Positions 39,301 through 51,649 of a stretch of 64,000 nt of DNA are shown piece after piece. The DNA comes from Tubiluchus corallicola (Eukaryota > Animalia > Priapulida). Position 1 is the first letter of the stretch; every line of letters begins with the position of its first letter. Below the pieces are notes generated by a model. It saw nothing but the letters and a program-made list of their open reading frames with translations, was not told the origin of the DNA and ran no database searches. The position numbers were made by a program, and so were the translations under genes. The stretch covers positions 558,001-622,000 of the forward strand of contig JAQGDQ010002367.1 in NCBI GenBank assembly GCA_030141605.1, given 5' to 3'.

Positions 39301-41667
39301 TCCTTTCCCAGCTTCCTGTTGCCTGTTGAATGACACTGAGGTAAGTCCTTTCATGCTGTTGGCTTACTATTTAGTCAGATTTTTCACACAGTACTATAGA
39401 TAGGGTGCAACTAATACATCTATTGAAGCAGATTAAATGATTACTCAGTTTTTAGGAAAAACAAAAAAAAGAAAACTCCATTGCATCATGGGCACCTTTA
39501 CTCCCAGAATATATAAGTTTTTTAACATTCTCACTGTGTCATAATGATAAATATCATACAATAATTTAGCTAATATGTTGTAGCTTTTAATCGTCTGCTT
39601 TAATGAAATGCTAACAACACAGTATATAGTGTAAGAAAAAAGAAAAAACAAAAAAGAGAAAATCTATTATGAATTACTTTTATATTTTTCTTTCCGCGCA
39701 CATATTCACTCCAATTACTACCATGTTAGCCTTCTACAAACACGCATCAATTAGTTTTGTTGTATTTCGTTGGGGGAGGGGGTGGACGGGAGGGTGCAAC
39801 CTACACGTTACTTCATCTTTTTGTTGCTGCTTTTATAGAATATACTCCCATGATCTCTCTAATGTGATGAGGAACTGCCTTGGCTTAAATAGTTGTGAAA
39901 GTGTTATGAAGGTTTTATATTTCAAACAAGAAGGAAATGGTTGGGAACTGAAAGGTTAATGAGGAATCCAATATATGCAAATTGTGTTGTGAATCGTAAC
40001 TGTGCATTATTTTTTGGGTTTTTCTAGATATTAGACAGTGTAGCATGCCTTCAGGAGCAACGCCCTCCTTACTTTTTTAAAGAGGTAAGACTTGAAAGTT
40101 GTAGTTAGTTCTATGGGGCGGCATGTTGTAGTTATTACTTGCATATCTTATACTATCACAATGAATTTCAATCATATTTCCAACGAGTCAGTGAAATTCA
40201 CAGTTATAATACAACATACTACTACATGCCGCCCCATAGAACTATGTATTTAGGAAAATTACAACTTTTAAAGCTATAATGCTGTGGAATGAAACACCTT
40301 TTAATATTAACGAATTAAATCAATATCAATTTAAAAAAGTTATCAAATATAATCTACCATCAAAATATTCGTGATTTAGTATAAAATGCTCAGTACTAAA
40401 TATCTGTGTATAACTGTTATTTGCTGTATTTGTTCAAACATTGTTATTTGATGCTTATAATTTCTTAAAACAATTGTTCATGCATAAGATACTAGTCCAA
40501 ATCTAGTATGTAAAGAATTGTTTAAACTGCATAAATTACTGTGTAATAATTGCTCTGGGTGACGACTAGATGGCCTGCTTCTTCGTCCCCCTCACAATGT
40601 TATCTAATTTGTATTTAAAGTGAGACCATTTTTGTATATATATTATTGTTGTTATGCATTGTGAAATAAACATTCTTATCTTATCCTATCTTGATAACAA
40701 ATAGCAATAAATGATTTATATGTGGTAAGTAATAATACTATTCTTTTTAACCCTTTCCCATTTGTTATTATTACATGGTCTCAACACTTTAGGCTTTGCA
40801 ATGTAATAAAGTTATTGATTTTTATCGACGTCGTCGTATATTTGTGATCAATAAAACTTAAAACGGTTTCCGGGTCCACAATTAGGTGTATCAACTTTGT
40901 AGCAACAAAATACATTCTAGAGAGTAAATAAATTCAGTTACAGAAAAGCTAATAATTTACATTATAAGTTCAAGAAAAGGAATTTATCAAATTCGAAGAC
41001 AATCATTGAAAAGCTCCAGCAGGTGCTATACTATTGATACACATGGCCACTAGTATTCTGCAATACTGTATATACGTATAAGCCTATATGTATTAGCCTC
41101 CCAGAGAATGTAATTTTCATAATCTACATGATGGTCCATGAAATGACTCGAGGTTGCACGGCTGGCAAAATCTGGTTGGAGCTGGTCATGGAAGCGTAAC
41201 TTCATTGGCACGATGTTTCCTTAATGTACAAAATTACATAAAAACTGTGTTTGGTTCTGCTTTTGTGGGGAAAAAAGTGCATTTAGAAATTAGCTACTGC
41301 AAGCTTGTCGACAGTACAATACGAAAGAAAAGATGTTAGCAAAAGTACTTTTTTTATATCTAGGGGTGCAGCGATTATGTAAATAGTCTGTTTCTGGAGT
41401 ACATCAACGTCATGGTATGGATGACTTTCATCGCTGCTGCTCTAGAGGTACAGATTACACAATGCATATATAATATTAGGAAAGAGAGAGAGGCGAAGGG
41501 AGAGGGGGGGGGGGAGAAAAGGGAGAAAAGGGAGAAGTAAGGAATGTCTGTCAAACAAAGCATATGTTAATAATTAGTATGAAAAATTAACAGTTTTCTT
41601 TGTGCATTTTTTGCAGATAATACTGATGATTTTCATCTTTACTTTTATGCGGTCTATTAAGAATTAA
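36393..41667 (+). CDS. Tetraspanin, 269 aa, 6-Cys large extracellular loop; exons 36393-36512, 36916-37025, 37428-37530, 37904-37978, 38847-38951, 39236-39340, 40028-40084, 41364-41447, 41617-41667
   Basis: Spliced translation: LKYCLMIFNFFVMAAGALLILGG (TM1), FGLLGYVGAARSDKCILGVYY (TM2-TM3), WDYIQQEQKCCG, PASCC, GC, TM4, short tail MRSIKN*. All introns are GT-AG and in phase, and an in-frame stop lies just upstream of the ATG. Confidence 0.92.
36651..36915 (+). repeat. 20-bp minisatellite (consensus tgtacattgcaggtagtgtc), ~13 diverged units, in the first coding intron of the tetraspanin
   Basis: Clear 20-nt periodicity running up to the exon boundary at 36916. Confidence 0.85.
39106..39211. 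repeat. 106-bp loopless palindrome with one mismatch
   Basis: Centre 39158/39159; the ORF track gives the same N-terminal peptide on both strands. Confidence 0.95.
40106..40244. mobile_element. MITE with 21-bp perfect terminal inverted repeats
   Basis: tagttctatggggcggcatgt ... acatgccgccccatagaacta. Confidence 0.75.
40270..40692 (+). mobile_element. L2/CR1-like LINE 3' end with (TCTTA)n tail
   Basis: KAIMLWNETP..I....QFKK, a T-rich 3'UTR, AATAAA and tcttatcttatcctatct. An inverted tail of the same type lies at ~1165-1200. Confidence 0.55.
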
Positions 41668-41994
41668 AGAAGCCAATCCGTCTTACTGAGCACAACAGTG
41701 TGACGCAAGGAAGTTTATAGAGTCACTTGCCACAACTGATTTTGTAACTGATTAATTAATTGACTACTAACAAAATAATAAGGCTCTTCGTGTCTTTTTC
41801 TGCAGTAAAAGAAATGAGCGTCTTATATATGTTGAATTATGAATTTATTCCACAGCAAATCGTACATATAAAGATGCATACAAATTGTTATTACATTATA
41901 ATACAAAATAAACGAGTGACTGTGAGGAGGAGGAAGGAGCATTATGCTTTCGAGTCTTCCTCCAGTTCCTCCTCCTGTGTGTGCACATAATAAA

Positions 41995-42275
41995 GTTCCA
42001 CACATTAAAGCATTAATTAGAAAGAGCTGCTATAGTTTAAGAAGTCACATACTTGCAAGTAAAAAAGACATTCTAGTTTGTGGTTGTATAAATTCTGATG
42101 CTTTATTCGAGTCTCCACCTAAATGATGATATTAAGTTGTAAATTCTTAGGCAAGGCGTTTTTAATACATATTTTAGATTTTAGTTAGTAATTCTAATCT
42201 GTTTTATCAATCATTTTTATCTGTGCTGTTAATATATGTAATATGGTACTATATGTACTGAATTAAAATAAAAAT
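41995..42275 (+). mobile_element. LINE ORF2 C-terminal remnant
   Basis: VPHIKALIRKSCYSLRSHILAS followed by 3'UTR-like sequence and an A-rich tail. Confidence 0.4.
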
Positions 42276-43172
42276 TAAAACTAATTAATGGGTTGTTTCA
42301 AAGAACCTCCTTTTTTAAAATTGGAGTTTTATTTAAGGTTAAATGAACTATACAGCAATGCAAAATATCGAAATATTACACTTATTTTACAAAAAAACAG
42401 CATTGCCACTCAAGCTTTGGGCTTCCAAGCTGGAGAGGCCCAGGGCAGCAGCCTATACTAGCCTATATGATAGTTCAGTCCTGCATATAGTATTGTTTAT
42501 CATCTTAGGTGTCGCAACATAATATTTTTCGTCTGTTTATATTTTGTTACTGTTAATAAAATGCAGTTTAAATCGAATTATCTGCCATGTCCTTATTAAT
42601 TAACTATCAAGTTTAGAATTTCACCCGCACAAGAAATTAATTCGTGAAGCGAGTTCGTCAGGGTTAGGGTTAACCGTTAGGGTATTTAAATTGTGTGGGG
42701 AATTGTAAACTCCTTCCAAATAATATTTACTGACTTCCTTGATATAACTCAAAATTCAAATCTTTTGGCTAATCCCAACGCAAAGTACTAGGATTATTTT
42801 ACAATTTTGTTAAAGATTGTTTAAACATATGGCAAACTAATGTAATAATGTAATTGAATTACCTAAATGAAGATTATTCTTATAATATGCTTTTGCATTA
42901 CTGCCACTCAGAATGCAAAGTTGTAATGTGCAATGTTTATTTTTAAATATTTGTTGTACAATCTTAAATTATGTGTTGAATCCAATAAATTAAATACCAT
43001 ACTACATGCTGGAGCTAACTCGTTTAATTATTTTGCTGCTATTGTAAAAACGCACAGCTTTTTGGGATTAAAAATCTCGTATGCAGTCTGTAGGAACATA
43101 ACTAAGTTTAGCACACATTATAATCTGGTAGCAGTTTTGTATTGTTTTGCTATTTTCATAAACACTTTATAA

Positions 43173-44140
43173 CGTCAAGGCCTAATTGATAAGCTAAATG
43201 TACTAGTTCGTTTTTGCAGTAATTCCGAAATGGTTATAAACATGTCTAAAACCAAATTTATGACCTATTTGAGCTTGATATGCCGTCTGTGAAGGCATAT
43301 GTGTTAGCTTCTGGAAATTTTTTTTATTAATCCTGAAAAACATGAACAGTTGCTAACATATTTCAATATTGCTAACAGGTGCGACAGTAAACTTGCTGTA
43401 TATATTAGAAATAGAGTGTTACCCATTCTTAGTATGGATATTGTTGCGGATGACAAACGCGAGCGGTTAAATTTTACTTCTGATGTGGTCGGAACAAAGT
43501 TCCAAACATACAAATCTATCAACTCTTATTTAGTAGTTAGCCCCATATATGTTTCTAGGGAGGACCCTATAGCTGAACGGGAAGGATTGCCTACACAGAG
43601 GCTAAACTTTCGTTGCATAACCTACGAAGTGAGTTGGGCCGACAGGCCCGTCTACCTAGGGAGCACAGAGTTTGCAGTTGCGACAACTCCTCGACCCAAA
43701 GCGAGGAACTTGTTTTCTGTTGTTGTGCCCATAGCGCGGAGTTAAGAAATAAATATGCAATACTCGATTTCACATCAATTGGTGACTTGTTTAAATTTGA
43801 TACTAACATGTTGGCTAGGTTTATTAGAGAGTGTTTTGATTTATGCTAATTTATTAACTGTTTCAAAATTCTCATTACTATCGTTCCATTGTTACGTGGA
43901 TCATTAATTATTTCTTGCAATTATTTCAAAATATGTCAAAGTACAACAAGCAGTTATCGTTCACATTTCAACCCTGGACATAGTGAAGTTTAATTTAATG
44001 ATTTTTTTATCACGAACGTGTTTTAGTTGCAACATGTTTGATTTAAACTGTGCAATGATTTTACTGTGTGACTTTTAATATAAACTGTTGTATTGTTTAA
44101 TGTAAATTTTAATGGTCAATAAATTAATAATAATAAATAA
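43173..44140 (+). mobile_element. Internally deleted non-LTR retrotransposon (RT end plus C-terminal zinc-knuckle, RTE-X-like)
   Basis: LNVLVRFCSNSEMVINMSKTKFM (late RT motifs), then HNLRSELGRQARLPREHRVCSC...E..V...C...ELRNKY, then a (TAA)n tail near 44120-44140. Confidence 0.65.
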
Positions 44141-45152
44141 TTTACTTCCTAAAAACTACAGAGCGTGTCTAATGTCTGTTTAGTCGATGTAGGCATAAAG
44201 GCATAAATACAGTCGAATATGATTGAAACAACTCTGCTACGCGGGTGTCTTATCTTACAGAATTATATTATTTAATAATGAGATAAATCTCCCTGCAATC
44301 ACCTAGGCCTACATGATGGCTGCATTTATTGCCCTTGGATCTCAGCTCGCAGATCGTAACGAGCTTCCCGTATCCTCAAACTTCCCGAGCTCAAGCAGAA
44401 TGCTAAAAGATTTATTAGTTTCTCGTAGTTCAAATGGCATTGGATACAAGTCCAGCATGAATGTAAGAAAGCTTAGTACCAATAAGTTTGGTACAAGTAA
44501 TTTTGTTACCAGGAAATTTTTGTACCACGAAAATTTGTTGCTAGAAGCTTTTAGTCTGCGATAATTTTGGTACAGGCAAATTTGGTACTGGAAAATTTGG
44601 TATTAAACGAAAAAGGCAGCATTTCTATATCTCGGTATAAAATAAATATTTCAACTAGAAAATAAAGATGTTTAATCAGTAGGGAGGAAATATGGTACTA
44701 GGAAAGTCTGGTTTGTTAAGTTCATACTGTAATTAATAGTGCGTGGCGGCTAAAATTTTATCCATGACTATTCCATCCATGTAGGTATATTTCAGAATTC
44801 TTTGAGCAAAAAATGAAAGGTTTCCAACTCACCAAGCAACTCACCTTTGCCATAATCGTCATCATTATTATCATCATCACTAGCGTTGACGTTGTCATTA
44901 TCAATATTATTGTCATAACTTACTGTAATTATTCAACGTTATTTATTGGCAGAACTGCAACAGCAGTAACAGTGGTGATGGTGCTGACATCGCATCGCAG
45001 TGACAGAAAAGTGGTAAGGAAAAGGGATATAAAATTTTATAGGTAAATTGTAAAGTTTAAATATTAAAACTTTAAACACGCAGGGTTAAAGCGCAGTGAA
45101 TAAACGTGCTTCGTTTTTTCTTCAAAACCCTACTCTAACTAACAGTCGTAAA

Positions 45153-45520
45153 TAGAGGTAAATATTCTCTACCGCAAAGCGAATTCGAATCGGATCGAGT
45201 TTGTGACTTTCGAATTCGAATCGAACCGAATTTCAGTACAGTTTGAAAGATTTTCGAACCGCCAGTAAGAAGTGATCTTACAAAGATCATGCATGTTGCT
45301 CGATTTTTCTGCAGTAAAACCACCGATAATTTGTTAAAGAAATTGTGCACTAAAATCACAGCTAAACTGTGCTAATGGCGTGATGTTTCAAATGTTTTGA
45401 TGATGAAGAACGTATGTGGTTCAAGTTCTGAATTATTCGAATCTATAATTTAAGGTTCGAATCGAATTCGAACTAAAACACTCGTTCGATTCGAATTCGA
45501 ACGTTCGATGCTCACCCTTA
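45153..45520 (+). mobile_element. hAT-type MITE rich in TTCGAA/TCGAA repeats, copy 1
   Basis: Perfect 8-bp TSD gtcgtaaa (45145-45152 and 45521-45528); right end atgctcaccctta; colinear with 59867-60226. Confidence 0.85.
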
Positions 45521-46853
45521 GTCGTAAACAATATGTAAAACATTCATAACTATACATATAGCAAGACTCTACACAGGTGCACGGTGACACGATATGCGAC
45601 GCCACCGCTGCCACGCCATGTTGGTGTCTATGGAATAGTTAAACAGTATTAACTCTCTTTTTCATAACAAATCATGTAATAAAATGTATTTGCCAGAAAA
45701 GCCATTTAGGCCATTATAGAGAGAATCCTAAACTACAAAATGCTTTTTACTCATCATCTCTCCAGTTCTGCTTAACGTGTATGATAGATGTTTATAGTAA
45801 AAAATAGTGCTAACTTAAAAGAAATAAAAATTCTGATGTGAACAGTCGCTATTCGTCCAGTAAATTGTATTAGCGAGTTGCACTACAATTTTAAAGTGCC
45901 ATAATTAAGCTACAAAGCTGTTACATACACTTATTGAAATTGAAAGGGCAACAAGCAAAATTGGGAAACAAACCCGATTTAAAATAGCAGCTAAATTTAA
46001 TCTGATTGAAAAAGTGTTTATGTCGGAATATGCCAGTATGTGAACTCGCGAGTGCACTCTTTTCGTGGATGCAATAAAGCCATTTTTGAAAACACATACT
46101 TTTTTAATTCTCTCAAATGAAGAGTTAAAAAGCATGCGAAAAATTTTCCAGAAAAGAATCACAAACTATGATTTTTGGACATAATTCCACCGAGCTTAAA
46201 AAAATTATGACTTATGAACATTAGTACAATATATCCAAACAAATAATTAGTAAATTATCCCGCCTCGCATTTTCAGGACCAACAACACGCGAAAGTTGCA
46301 TAATGAGTGGTTTTGTTTTAAACGAAAAGAAACAATAATTTTAAAATATCTCCCATACAGTTTTATTTCTCTGTTTTACGTTCAGTACTTTTGCTCAGTC
46401 AGTGAAAAATGGGCTAGAACGCTCTGGTTGTTCTTTCGAACTTTACGCTATGTTATCTAAACTTGTTTCAAACAACTTACCATCAAAATGGCTGTATTTA
46501 ACGCATGTCACCAAGGGAGTTTAAATTTTCAAGTTTTCCACAACATTGTTTTGCTAACACAAGCTCTGTGCGCAATAAGACAGTATGTAAGTGATTCGAA
46601 ATTTCAAGGCGAATTTTTCAAAACGTAATTTAAGGGTTTTTTAATCTGCTTTTATATAAAGTCGTTTAAATAATTCGCGGCCATATTTTCATGATGGAGT
46701 GCTGCAGTAATACAATTACAGTTATCTTTTTGGCGGTGCGTCACGCAAACGTTAATTTTACGAGAAAGGCTTGTTTGTGCAACAGAAGAAGGGTAGTGGC
46801 ATGTCAGCTTACTGTAATTACTTTTATTTTTCGTTTGGGGGTTTTTTGTCGTC

Positions 46854-49800
46854 ATGGAACCGTTTAAGGAACCATTGGAACGTAAACTAGTTGAAGATGT
46901 TTATAAAGAGCTGTTGCAGCCAAACTTAGACGGCTACGAATTTTTCGCCGATTATAATAAAGTGATGGTATACAGAAAATATCATGAGGTAAATTTAAAT
47001 TGAAGAAAACTTGGTTATCTATTATTTTAGTGCCTGGTCGCTCACGGTAGCCCTAAAAAAGGTGTCGTCTTTTCCGCCCACCCAAAATAGACAGGCTACA
47101 CAGTAAAGCAGAAGAGTAAGTTGGCGGGCGACAGGAAAGGTCGACATCAGGCGCATGGAAAAGATCAGTATTTTATGCCCAACTTTAGGGTCGACCCGAA
47201 GTAGCCGCATATTGTATCCTGACCGTTTGCAGAAGTCGTTTTTATTTTAGTGCTGCCACTTCTTATTGATTAAGTTCAGTTGTCCCAAAACGCTGACAGT
47301 TTTCATTTGCTTAGTCGCCTGAATGTGCTGAAATATAGATTATCCAAAAGTCTTACCAATAATAAAACAATTCAATAATGAATACACTAATAAATTGAAA
47401 TTATTGGGTCCCCATTTTCCAGTTGTTTGGCCGACCCAGGGCTCTGAAAAATATATTGCCCAATACTCTGTTATTAATATTAATTACAAAGCAATTTGGG
47501 TTGTTAGATGCTATTCAAATGCATGTACAGCCTTCGTCAGTAAAGACACACGTACTTTTTTATTTTGAATTGTAGGACTCTGGTCTGTATGAATACAAAG
47601 TCTATGGAGTAGTGCAGGATATAACCCCCGAAGAGTCAATAGAAGTTTATCTGGACACAGATTACAGGCTAGAGTGGGATAGCTATGCTGTTGGTAAGTG
47701 CTGGATAATGAAGCCAAAACGAACTTGGTGAAGTTAATGCAATGATAGGCACACAACATCTTCAGTTTAAATAAATGAAGTCACAGCGAGCACCATTCCT
47801 TGGTGTACACTCATACAGCATAATGAAATATATTTTTCTTAACATTCCATGTACATAAATCAAAATGAGAATGCTTGGTTCAGTCAAATTAAATCAAAAA
47901 GGACTTTTTAAACAAATTAAGCACCTCAAAGTCACATCACATAATGGTGCCTCAATTATGAGAAATGTGATACTCTCACGATTCTTGTCTAATAAATGTG
48001 TATTTACAGATCTTTATGAATTCAGAGATGGACTTCGGTCAGGCTTGTACTGGCAAGTGAAATACCCATTTCCACTATCAAACAGAGATGTATCTTTTTA
48101 TCATTATTAGATTTAACCATGTTTAAACTGTTTTTGTGAAAACCATGTGATAATACCCTGATTGTAGGCCTGTTACTGCCTCCTGTGGCTGTAATTAGAA
48201 TGAGAAAAACAACTAAAGTAAGTTATAGTTTGTTTATGTGGACAAAATGGCTTTATTATTTTGCATTTGTAAAGATTTGAATATGCAACTAAATTTCTTT
48301 AACATGTTCAAGTATACATACAAGCGAATATATGAAGAAGTTGATGTAAATGGAATACACATGCACATTATCATCAGCTATGGTGAAGCATTTTCCTCCG
48401 AACCTCCACGGCCAGGAATTGTGAGAGTGAATGAGTATAAACAGTATGTTGGTTATACCAGCTGGCAGGAGAATGGTCAAAGCGGAACTAAAGGTAAGCG
48501 GAATTTTTGTCAATCAAACTACGTTTGTTTAATGGAAAACTGTAACAATTGTCAGTCAACATCATAAAACTGCTTTTTACTGCCAAAATTGAGATGCTTT
48601 TATTCAATACCGATGTGAAGCCATCTAACAGAACTGGTACCTTTACTCTGAGCTTAGAGCATATTTGCAGCATATAAACCTACTGGCTGAAAGACAGAGT
48701 AGGCACTCATAACATAATATTCACTTCCTCTACAATCCATCTTATATTTCATAAAACGAAGACGTCCCTAGTTAATGATCATCCAATTAGTATTATCCGA
48801 ACCCCATATTTAGTCATATCTACTTATAAGACAAGTTCAGCATTTTTTTGGAATGGCAATATCTGGCAGCTGTCAGTTTCAGAAGAAAATGCTACGTTAA
48901 ATCCAATCTTAAATGTGTTTATACATTGAATTTTAACTCTGTAGACACATCCATGTAAATATAGACAAATTTCTGTTAATCTACGAGTGCCTAAGATAAA
49001 AACTCACAAGTAACAATTTGCTGTCTTAATTCTTCCACTGATCTTTTGAATTAAGATAAATATTTGAGAGATGGGCTGGCACGCATGTGTGTTGTATTTA
49101 AAATTTACATTAGAACTGTACGCCTCATAAGTGTTTCCATAAAGTGAGAGAAAATCTGTAGCGGGTAGCAACATCATTTCATGTTCATGAAAATACTGGA
49201 TCATAATTAATAATTGCTTTATTAGGTAAATATCACATTAGATCCCTAATGTGATCAACTAACTACCTAGGTTTTAATTTTTCAGCATTTTTTCAAACGT
49301 ATGAAAATCCAGGTGGTATGCTTCCTGTGTGGTTAATCAACTGGGCAGCAAAGGTATTTTTGTTGATTAATATCTGATGAGTAAACAGATTATTTTTGAC
49401 AGCCAGTTTATTATTTTTAGCAAATATGAATTACAATGATCTTTATGTAAATTAAAGGACAACCAGCTTATCATTTATAATGCACTATTGCTCGTACTGT
49501 TTACAATATTGGTGTTGTGAACTACTAACAGTATATCTACTAACAGATATTTCCGGATCAAAGTTATTAGGCTTTCCTGCAGCCGTTGCATGTACATTGA
49601 ATGTGTACATTATTAAACTTGCTCACATGATGTAAATTTCCAAAATTTTTCATTCACATCAACTTATTTATTTTTCTTCTGAAATATCTAAAATCAATTG
49701 TACTCTTTAGTATTACCTCAAACATTTTATTTATAGCTGTTTAGATAGCGCTATATGGAAACATTATTAACCTCAACTAAGGTATCATTCCAGGTGAAGA

Positions 49801-49967
49801 TAACCTAAGTGGAAAATAAAGCTTATGCTTTTATGCTTCAGCTAAGTTTGTGTCGTTCACATTATTATAACTTTTCTTTTCAGTTTGGATTGCCTAATTA
49901 CTTAAACACAGCAAATAAAGCTATTACGGAGTACAAATCTTACAAAGAGAGAAAGTTAAAACAATGA
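46854..49967 (+). CDS. PCTP: Phosphatidylcholine transfer protein (START domain, STARD2-like), 221 aa; exons 46854-46988, 47576-47693, 48010-48089, 48313-48493, 49286-49353, 49884-49967
   Basis: Motifs ELLQPNLDG, SGLYEYKVYG, YLDTDYRLEWDSY, YWQVKYPFPLSNRDY, GIVRVNEYKQ, ENPGGMLPVWLINWAAKFGLPNYL are characteristic of PCTP; exon phases are consistent. Confidence 0.93.
47030..47225 (+). mobile_element. SINE-like GC-rich insertion in PCTP intron 1
   Basis: GC-rich block containing gttggcgggcgacaggaaagg..catc, similar to motifs of invertebrate SINEs; family not determined. Confidence 0.3.
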
Positions 49968-51649
49968 TCGAGTCTTACAAAGAGAGAAACAAGAGTGATC
50001 AACAAAAGTGGAGTTTTGGCCTGTATGTTATGTTTTACCAACTGCAAGTGATAAGTAATAAACTGTTGATATACAATTGCTTGTGAACTTTATGTGTGAA
50101 TTTTTTAGAATGCTTGTCTTGTTACTCAAAATATTTTTGCTGCATTTCTTTTTACGTTTTAGCCTAATTTGAAAGCTGCAGTGTGATAACCATTCTGTTA
50201 ATTACGATATGGCTTTATATGAAATTGTTATATATTTTATAAGGCATTGTTTAAAAATAAGCAAATTATTGATCTTCATTCAATTTATATATGTGACCTA
50301 TTTTACTAATAATCCATAGTGCTGTCAGACTAAAATAATTGACGGAAACTGTAAAAAATAAGATTATACAATATTTTCTGTCATATATCCTGTTACAATA
50401 TTCCTGTAATGCTTCATCAACTTGATAATTCAGACAATCTGTGATGTGTAGCCAAAGCAAGAAATAAAATTAACTAGCAGTTGCACCTATGTAGGTTTCT
50501 GAAAAAAACATCTATACTAAATTGAGCATGATCACAGTTACATGTTGTTAAACTGAAATGATCGGGAACGATCTTTCATAATAAAATTTCACGGTTGCCA
50601 CTGGCCAAGTTGTGCATAATGTAGCATAAAGATATCAATAGCTCGGTTTTGGGACAATATAGAAGAATAAAGACCATGAGCATATTCCTTTATTTTGTGC
50701 ATACTGTGAATGGATTACCTATGTAAAGGCACAACTGGCACATTTATAAAATTGTGTATTTATAGGACTTGCCTTAGGTACTTTTATTAAATGTTTTGAT
50801 ATACATGTAATTTAAGCTGTTGTTAAATTTAAATATTTTACTTTTTTAATAAAATTAATTTGAGAAACTGTATGCAAGTGAGATTACTGTATACTGTATA
50901 TATAGGTGATAGTAATTATGGTGCTTCGTAGATAGAAGTTTAGTTATCGCTTGAAGTATAACAGGCTAATCGAACAGGACTCTACCATTAAAAAATTTCA
51001 TAGCTGTAGCAGCCAGTACCAAAACACCTTCAGCGGAGTCCAAAAAATGTGTACAAAGCAGGTAAAACGCAAAGAATACTTCCTTTGTCAAAATGAAAAT
51101 GTATCTTTCTGAAATTTGCTTTATTTGTTCGTAAAAATGAAGAGTAAAATTCTTCCCTTTGTCTTTAGAATTTGCTTGCAGTGTGTTGTGTATTTGGAGC
51201 AAAGTTGTTTAATAAAATTGACAAAACATTATACAGAAATGCTCGTGTCTTGTCATCAATTGAACCATTTTTTTGTTTGAAACTAGAAACATTCTTCAGG
51301 GTCAACTTCAAGATCACAGTGTATAAAAGTAAAAATAACATCACACGTGGTTGAATAATTGTTGCTTGTGCCGTATGCATAGTCTCAGGTACACTATTTG
51401 TGCCAAACAAAAGCAGATCAACTGAACACAGATAGGACATTAATAAGTACTATTACAAATCTATATGATAATAAGCTTAGGATAATGTTTACATTTGATT
51501 GCAAAATTACAGTCAAAATATTGAAAAGGTATGCTGTTCAAGGCAACATTAGTTAGACCTAAACATTGCTAAGCTTTTTTAAGCATTACTTTTACTAATC
51601 AGCCACAGTGTCTTGGGAGTTGTTGATAGTGACTGCAGGTCACACTGAG

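Noticed and set aside
46470-46700. Possible divergent gene upstream of PCTP (minus-strand donor and ATG)
   Set aside because: The frame closes after 10 codons and no downstream exons are recognisable.
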